Below the pieces are notes generated by a model. The model made no database searches and was not told the origin of the DNA. It saw only the letters and a program-made list of their open reading frames with translations. From the human T2T-CHM13v2.0 reference genome, Homo sapiens, in assembly GCF_009914755.1 (NCBI RefSeq), contig NC_060936.1: a stretch of 64,000 nucleotides of DNA; one strand, written 5' to 3'. A program made the translations under genes and the position numbers. This document shows positions 56,515-64,000 of the stretch, piece after piece; position 1 is the first letter of the stretch, and the number at the start of each line of letters is the position of its first letter.

Positions 56515-57552
56515 TGAAGAGTCCTCAGTAATGTGGAGGGAAATGTATTGGAATATAGTTCAGGGGCTACTGATTGAATTTCATCTGGTCTCTACCAGTA
56601 ATCTTTTGGATGATATGGGAGGATTCCTGTAACCTCACTGACTGTCATTGTCTGTAACTATAAAAGGAAGAGTTTAATTTGATTCTTTATTTATCAATGT
56701 TATTTTATATTCTTTGAGAATAGATGTTTTTCATCTAGTGAGCATTGAGTAACTGTTGAATTAGTTCAATAATAGTGTGATGCCCTCCTATGGGGAACTT
56801 GAGTGTATCATTGGGAACTTCTGTGAGAAATGTAGACGTCACATTCACTCTATTCATGCTATGTGGAATCTATAAAACATATTTGCTGTAGCCACCTCAG
56901 GCTTTGAATGGATTGTGTCGGTATAAAGATAGGCAACTGCTAACAAACATGTAAGGTTCTTTACCCCAGCATGTGGACTTGTTTTCCAAAAAGACCCTGA
57001 GGATGATAGAATCTCTCTCCCATAGGTGTCCAACAAGGAAAGTAATGTATTTTAGACTTTTCTTGGCCATTGACCTCTGGACTAACAATAGTTTCAGAAA
57101 ATTTTTCAATTCACTGAGGAAATAATTCTCCAACAACAAAATGTATTTTATTCTTTCCTTCCCTCTAACCTGCTCCAGTGTATCTTGTTTTCCTAGTCTT
57201 TCCTCTCTTACATGAGGATGGATAATTTTTCTCTAGAGCTCAGAGGATGAATGCTCTTGACCTAACCCTCATTGAAGAAAGGCATGGAAAGCCTGCCAGT
57301 TCAAATCCATTGCTCTAAAGGTTTTACTTTCTGTTACATATTATCATTGGGTGGTCCAAAGGGGTCAGAGATGGAGGTTGTTTCAGAACCTGAAGTCTTT
57401 ACTAAAAAAGATGAAACCAGAAAGAAACCACACTGGGTACAAAGCAGTGAGGATCCAGCCTATTGTTTCCAAAAGCCTGCTACATTCAAGACACAGTGAA
57501 CTTAACCCAGTTTTGTTTTGTTTTTTAGAAGAACAGCCATCTTGACTTCACA

Positions 57553-57697
57553 AAGAGTGTTGGTCAGAATATTTAACTACTGGTACAGCAGTGGTACTGA
57601 CCAAAGAGAATAGATACTGCCCAATCAGAATGGACACCAGCTGTAAACAACCAGTGTATCCATATTGGTGCACACTGGCTTTTAACATTTGCCCTTG
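57553..57697. mobile_element. MER81-like hAT-Blackjack element with ~20-bp internal duplication
   Basis: AATATTTAACTACTGGTAC...ACTGACCAAAGAGAA / ACTGCCCAATCAGAATGGACACCAG...TAAACAACCAGT. Confidence 0.65.
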
Positions 57698-57799
57698 CAA
57701 AAACTACTGAAAATATTAAAAGGGAATCTCACATGTCAGAGTCCTCTGTTCTACCAAAATTCAACTTATTTTATGCTAACAAAATTATTTGAAACTAAT

Positions 57800-59010
57800 C
57801 TAATCATAGTCTCTCTCCAGTTACTGCCTCTTCACCCTACTTCAACTAACAGCAAAGCTCCTCATTAGAGTTCTGTATTTATTTCCTCTACTTCTCACCT
57901 CCCATTTTCTCTTGAACCAACTCTAATCAGGCCTTTGTCCCCAATGTCGGCTTCCTCAGGAGCTCAAAGGTCTTATCAATATCAACAACCCCCATATTGC
58001 CAAATCTGATGGTTAATATTCAGTCTTTTTATTACTTAAACCTTCAGGGGCATTAGACACAAGTTGATCATGCCTTCCCTTGTGAAACACTTTTTTACCT
58101 GGCTTCTAGGACACCACTTTCTCTTGTTCTTCTTCTATTGCATGCCATTTCTTTTCAGTCTTCTTTATGGGATTCTCTTCCAGCTTATAAATGAGGGAGT
58201 GCCTCAGTCAGTCCCTGGCCTCTTTTCTTGGCTTTCTATGCTCCCTTTCTAAATGATTTTATCCGATTCTGTGGCCTTAGATCAATAGACTGGTGAGTCC
58301 ACATCTGTATCTCCAGCCTTGTGCTCTCCCCAAAGATTCCCAACTGCCTACATAATATACCTCCACTTGGATATCTAATAAGCCCTGCCATATTAGCATA
58401 TACTGAGCTCTCTGGATTTCTTACCCACTTCTCTATTTTCTGCAAGTGTATTGGTTCCCCAATGTCTCCCTTCTCAGCAAATGCTATTACCATTTACCAG
58501 TTGCTCCAGCCATTCAGAAATTCAGTTGGTGATGCCTTCAAAATACACCTTGATCCGACCACCTGGCCACCCTTATTTAAATGGCTGTCATTTCACACCT
58601 AAACTACTGCAACAGTCTCCTAATAGATTTTTACCCCTCCTACAGTCAGTTTATAACTGTCCACATCTCTCACGCTCCCGTGACCATTGTTACCTTGCTG
58701 TTTCTTCAATACAATCATCTCATTTCCTCCTCAGGGCCTTTGTACTTGCTCTTTCCTCTAGCTGATATGATCCTCCTCCAGAGCTTCTCAGGGCTTCCTC
58801 TTTCATATCAATCAGTACTCCACACAAAGGTCATCTTCAGAGAAGTTTTCTTTTTAATAATTAAAATAGAAGCCACACCCAACTCACTATTCTCCATCCC
58901 CCTTCTCTGCTTTATTTGCTTCAGAGCACTTATCACTATTTGACTTCACATTATCTTGCTATTTTCTGTTTGGTCTGTCTCCCCAAATAGAATATATCCT
59001 CCATAAGACA
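57800..59010 (+). mobile_element. L2 (L2a-like) long fragment
   Basis: TTGCCAAATCTGATGG, CATTAGACACAAGTTGATCA, CTCCACTTGGATATCTAATA, CTCAGGGCCTTTGTACTTGC, TCTGTCTCCCCAAATAGAAT. Confidence 0.8.
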
Positions 59011-61170
59011 TTCCAGAAAAAACATATAATCATAGAACTGAAACCATTGTGAAGAACTCTGGAGGTCATTCACCTCTACCCACCATCTAATATTTAGATC
59101 AACCTTGTACTCTCTCCATTATTTGTAAAGTGAATATTTTTATACTGAATCACATTTTCCCACTGATCTCCATCATCATTATTTTTTCATGGAGAAAAAT
59201 GACCTCAATATTAAATAAAAATGTTACCAAGGACAATAATACCTACTTTTGACAGTATGCAATTAATTTTCCTATATAGCCCATAGGAGAAATTAGTCAT
59301 TCAGACAATTGAATGTGACCATTCCTGGCAGCATGTGCGGAGCCAGAACAGATACTGGAGCAGTGACATTTTGTACCAAATATGCAAATATAATAAAGCA
59401 CCAAATAAGTAGGAGCTATGTGCTATTGAACTGTAGCCAGAGCCTGAACAAGAACACAAATATGTTGTCTAATAACTTTGTTCCACTAGATTTCATTCAT
59501 TCCTTATTGGAGGAACACGCATTTGAGTAAGAAATATGCCAATTTATATAGTTAACTTTCATTCTTCTTAAGAACTGCCCACTAGATCAAGTTGTTTGAT
59601 AACTGATGAAGATGATCTAAGATGACTTATCATTGAGTGTGTTTCTTTAGACTTTGCACTAACTTTAGTTATCAGCAACTCTTCAGAGCTAGTTATTTGT
59701 ACCCTCTTTCCCCTTTTATTGGTGTCTTTAAGATGTTAAGCACTCTTTCCTGTGTACTGGTTAACTATATTTGCCTAGTGAAGGAGTACTGATTTTCCAT
59801 TATTCCTAGATGCCACATGATGCATTTCTATTCGTTGTAAACACTTATAAGACTGACTTATATTTTGTCCTTCATCACATCAGTCTGCCAGGGCAAGATG
59901 TCTTTAAATGAGGCCCAGTGCGTTTCATCAGACACATTTCTACCTTGACACTTAAAGGAATGATGTTTTCAAGGTGTCTAGGTGTAATGAAGTTTGTTTT
60001 AAAAACCCGCTGCTATCTTGCCAAAGCCTCAAGGCAAGGCCTCTGAAAAGTAACAGACTATATACTTACTTTTCAGGCCTCTTCTGGGCTTGACTTATTT
60101 GCTTTTTCTATAGGCACTAAACTATTACTTATATTTCATTTATATATGTTGACTTCAGAATTTTCCAGGAAAATTCATATTGGCCTTTGCAAGTAAGAAA
60201 AATGATTGATGAATAAAAGATATTAAACAATCCTATAAAATAGATCCTTAGGATAATTAAATTGCTTGAGCAACAACAATTTTGAGAGTTCATTGCTGTA
60301 TTAGAATACACAAAAGCACATAAAAAAGTGAAGTTTTTAACAACATTTCAAATAAGGGTTTACAGTTTGACTTGGATCTGTTTTAGTGATGAATGAGGTA
60401 TGCCATCTTTACTACTTGTTGAAAAAAGCCTACTTGAACCAGGAAGTCTAGATTTTTCTCCACAGATTTTAAATTCTTTAAATAGCATAAGTTCCTCCTG
60501 AGAGAAAACTCCAAAGAGTTATAGAATTAATTTGCCCTTGAAGGGAAAAACAACAGTGAATATTAAGAGAAAGTGAGAATACAACATAAGAGAAAAGGGG
60601 AGTTGTCAAAGGACATCTAGGAAGTAACCTCCTGCAATGTCTCTATTGTTCATCCTTCAAATTTATGGCAGGGCATCTCTTAACATTCAACCTTGCCTTA
60701 ATGCTCCTCCTGCTGTCATCCGCTATGTGAAATGATCCCCCAACCTTTAAAATCACATGTTGGTTTACATTCTCTTTCCTTGTTCTCTCACTTGGTTAGA
60801 CATGTCTCATGAACTTCTTTGTATTTACATGATGACTAAAAGGGTGACTTGGTTCAACCCAACAAACATTTTTAATCAACTCTCCAAACATTTACTGCCT
60901 CTTCTCACAATATTTACAATGACTTCCACTCTCTCTAATTGTCCACTCCTTTCCTCTGTGATCAATGACAAATGGCTCAATCTTTGTTTCACTCTCTGTA
61001 TAATTCCAGTACACCTAGTTTATAGGGAAAAAAATAAGACAACCAATTTTTAATAATAATTAATGTAAGATGATGTATAACGTTTATTTACAAAAACAAG
61101 TATTTATTGTGTTGTTTCTGTTTACTTATATCCATCCTGTGTTTCCATTTATGTGAAACCACAGAGATTC

Positions 61171-61463
61171 TTTTTTTTTTTTTTTTTTTTTGAGACGGAG
61201 TCTCACTGTGTCGCCCAGGCTGGACAGGCTGGAATGCAGTAGTGCAATCTCGGCTGACTGCAACCTCCGCCTCCTGGGTTCAAGTGATTCTTCTACCTCC
61301 GCCTCCCCAGTAGCTGGGACTACAGGCATGAGCCACCATGCCTGGCTAATTTTTGTATTTTTAGTAGAGACGGATTTCTGTCACATTGGCCAGGGTGGTC
61401 TCGAACTCCTGAACTCAAGTGATCCGCCCGCCTTGGCCTCCCAAAGTGCTGGGATTACAGGTG
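61171..61463 (-). mobile_element. Alu (AluSz/Sx-like), ~20 nt missing at 5' end, 9-bp duplication CAGGCTGGA
   Basis: Poly-T, both monomers, ends GGGATTACAGGTG. Confidence 0.95.
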
Positions 61464-61494
61464 GGGATTGTTATATATCTTTAACCTTCAGAGA

Positions 61495-61660
61495 GCTCCA
61501 TTCATCAATTCAACAAATATTTGAGTTCTTACTATATACTGAGCATTATTTCAGCCATAGAAAATTCAGCAGTGAACAAAACAGAAAGAAATTCCTCTAA
61601 GCTCCCTGGAGCTTACATTAATAAACAAATAAATAAGCAAAATCTACTGTATGTCAAGGT
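61495..61660 (-). mobile_element. L2 3' end
   Basis: ATTCAACAAATATTTGAG...CAGCAGTGAACAAAACAGA...GGAGCTTACATT. Confidence 0.75.
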
Positions 61661-63429
61661 TTCCAAGGATTTATTCGGCCAAGTGATACTAGGACAACTT
61701 TGCCAATTAGAAGAAGTACAGTGTTGCTGAAAGAAATCAGGCACTCAGGTTTCTTAATAAGAAACAAAAATATCACCCAAAGCCTGAGTACAATTCTTCA
61801 GGCCACCACTGCTCACTGTCATCTGAAATTCGGTTGCTAGGACACTGCTAAGCATAGCAAAGCTAAGGACACTTTACAAGCTGGGGAAGTTTTTGGTAGA
61901 ATGATGTTATGATATTCATAGATCTAAATTCAGTTATGAAATACGGGGCATAGAGATTAACATAGAAAGAAATAAATATATCTGTAAAGTTGACTTTTGA
62001 TATCATTCAAGCTTAATAATCTAATGCCTATAAAAAGAAGATATACAAATTATTACATTGAAAAACTGTTGGTATTTTATAGTAACATTTAAGAATTTAT
62101 AGCTTTTCACTAAAATCTAATCTAATCTATCTCTTAATTTCCTCATAAATCAGGTGGCTAATTTTTAGCCTAGAAAATGCAACTTTTGTTCTGATACTAT
62201 GGCTTTAGTTTCGCAGGGTAGGGTAATCAGTATCATTACATTTTTATCCTCTAACACTTCTCTAAATAGAAGTGAGGTCTCTTCATTTAATTTGGGAAAT
62301 TGAATGCCAGTCAGGGAATTCAAAACAGTGTTGGTTTCAAGTTTGAGTTTCCCTGAATAGTACCAAATTATTTTCCTTGACCCTGAGGCATGGGTCTCAA
62401 TGAGAAAACATAGGGAAATTATGAATCCAAGATATCCTGAGACGATCTTGCCTACATATTTAACAGTGAACTGAAATTTTGTGTCTATTGTGGCTCATGA
62501 ATAATAGGGATCAGTAACTGATTTTCATTGCATAGGCAAAAGTAAACCATCCATATATGTAAAAAATAAGATTAGATATATGTCATGACACTGTCCTTTT
62601 ATTTTTATATGGGAAATACACCCATATGAATAAAAATTAACTGTTTGTCATATATGAAGCAAGATGCAAAGTTGGGAGTCTGTTCACACTGTGAACATTA
62701 CCTTGAACTGATGAGAATTGGAGTAGCGTAATACCTTGTGCCTAAGTAATTCTCACATCACTGAACCACAAATCTGATAGACCTCTGCAGTTATTGTAAG
62801 ATTTAATAGCAGAGAACGATAAGAAAGCTTTGAATTACTAAACACTGATAACACTTCTTAAAGAACAAAATAAATGAATATTTCATAATATACAATCCCA
62901 GGATTAGCCTCTCTACCATGGGCTTTGTAGCTGAACACCTCTTGCCTCGTCATTCCCTTAATTCAACATTTTTATCTTGTGTTCAAAATATATATTTTAC
63001 ATTTATGTAGAAGGAAAGAAAGCCATGACTCTCATAACACTTCTATACAATCTGTATATAAAACTGGCTATACATCCATAGTTATGATGCCAGGAGAATC
63101 TCAGTGTTTGCTATGAATCACCCATTAGTCAAATCTCTCCACTCATCAGAGTCTGATTAGAAGCCAACTATCCCTGGGGCAGTTGTTTTTTGAAGAAAAT
63201 GTTAAAGTTGGTCTTCTTGTTTACATCCGGATAGTATGAATCAAATGACATCCCTGTGATGAAAAAAAAAAAAACAAAAGAAAGAAAGAAAATAGTTTAA
63301 AGCCTCTCATGGAACTGGCTTTTGGTGATGACTGCCTTCAGTGATTCTCAATTAGAAAACATAGAGCAGGTAAAAATAATTCCAGTTCTTAATTAAAAGC
63401 AGGAAATGATGTCACTTTCCATAGTTAAA

Positions 63430-63775
63430 GGCAGCATGACCTAGCAGAAAGTATGTATTCTTTGGAGCCAGATAAAACCTCAGCTCTGCTGCATGGCACC
63501 TATGTCACTTTGGACAAGTGACAACTTTCCTGAGGCAGATGTTCACATCTGCAGGTGGACGTGTTAATTAGCTTGATTGTGGTTATCATTTTATAATGTA
63601 TGCATATATCAAGACATCACATTGTGATCTTAAATATATGTAATTTTTATTTGTCAATTATACTTCAGTAAAAAATGGGCTAATAATAGCAACTAGGATG
63701 GTTTTGTATATAAGTATATACAGGAATATACAGCCTAGGATTATAATAGAACGTTGCAGGTGCTCCATAATTTAT
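63430..63775 (+). mobile_element. MIR split by a short L1 3' end
   Basis: TTTGGAGCCAGA...TTGGACAAGTGAC...CACATCTGCA, resuming AAAATGGGCTAATAATAG after the insert. Confidence 0.65.
63551..63672 (+). mobile_element. Late L1MA/L1MB-like extreme 3' end
   Basis: GTGTTAATTAGCTTGATTGTGGT...ACATCACATTGTG...TTTTTATTTGTCAATTATACTTCAGTAAA. Confidence 0.8.
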
Positions 63776-64000
63776 AACCCAAATGTCCACAGATTTCCTC
63801 TGCCATCAGTTACACATGTTGCTGACTCTCCCTCCCACCTGCATAGCAGCAGTGTCTCCCTCACACTTAAAGTCTTTCACACACAGTGTGACCCACATTG
63901 CACAAGAAACCAGTAAGCTCCTGTTCTTCTGTCTTCATGAAACTAATGGTTACATGTCTCTGAGGGAGGTGCCCTTCTCAACAGCCCTGTTCCAGGTGCC

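Overview
Primate (human-like) nuclear DNA. It is AT-rich, CpG-depleted and dominated by interspersed repeats, as expected of a long intron or intergenic region. No cellular protein-coding gene, RNA gene, CRISPR array or prokaryotic system can be supported. The ORF track consists of L1 ORF1/ORF2 relics, Alu and microsatellite read-throughs, and chance ORFs. Main elements: a near full-length old L1 (L1PA15/16-like, minus, ~2723-10311) with a ~113-bp tandem array in its 5'UTR and two nested Alus; a twin-primed L1PA4-like insertion (42934-45462) with an exact 12-bp TSD; further L1MA/MB/ME/PB fragments; nine Alus; MaLR/ERV LTRs; DNA-transposon relics; L2, L3/CR1 and MIR fragments; and microsatellites. 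Subfamily names come from remembered consensus sequences, and boundaries of old repeats are approximate. The best non-repeat signals are plus-strand splicing architectures: a candidate recursive splice site with a stop-containing RS-exon (21865-22026) and a candidate 13/17-nt microexon (42758-42774). Also notable are a GATA-motif cluster built by local duplication, a ~73-nt hairpin, and several templated-insertion or template-switch scars. All of these are hypotheses. I cannot identify the host gene or claim a novel biological system.
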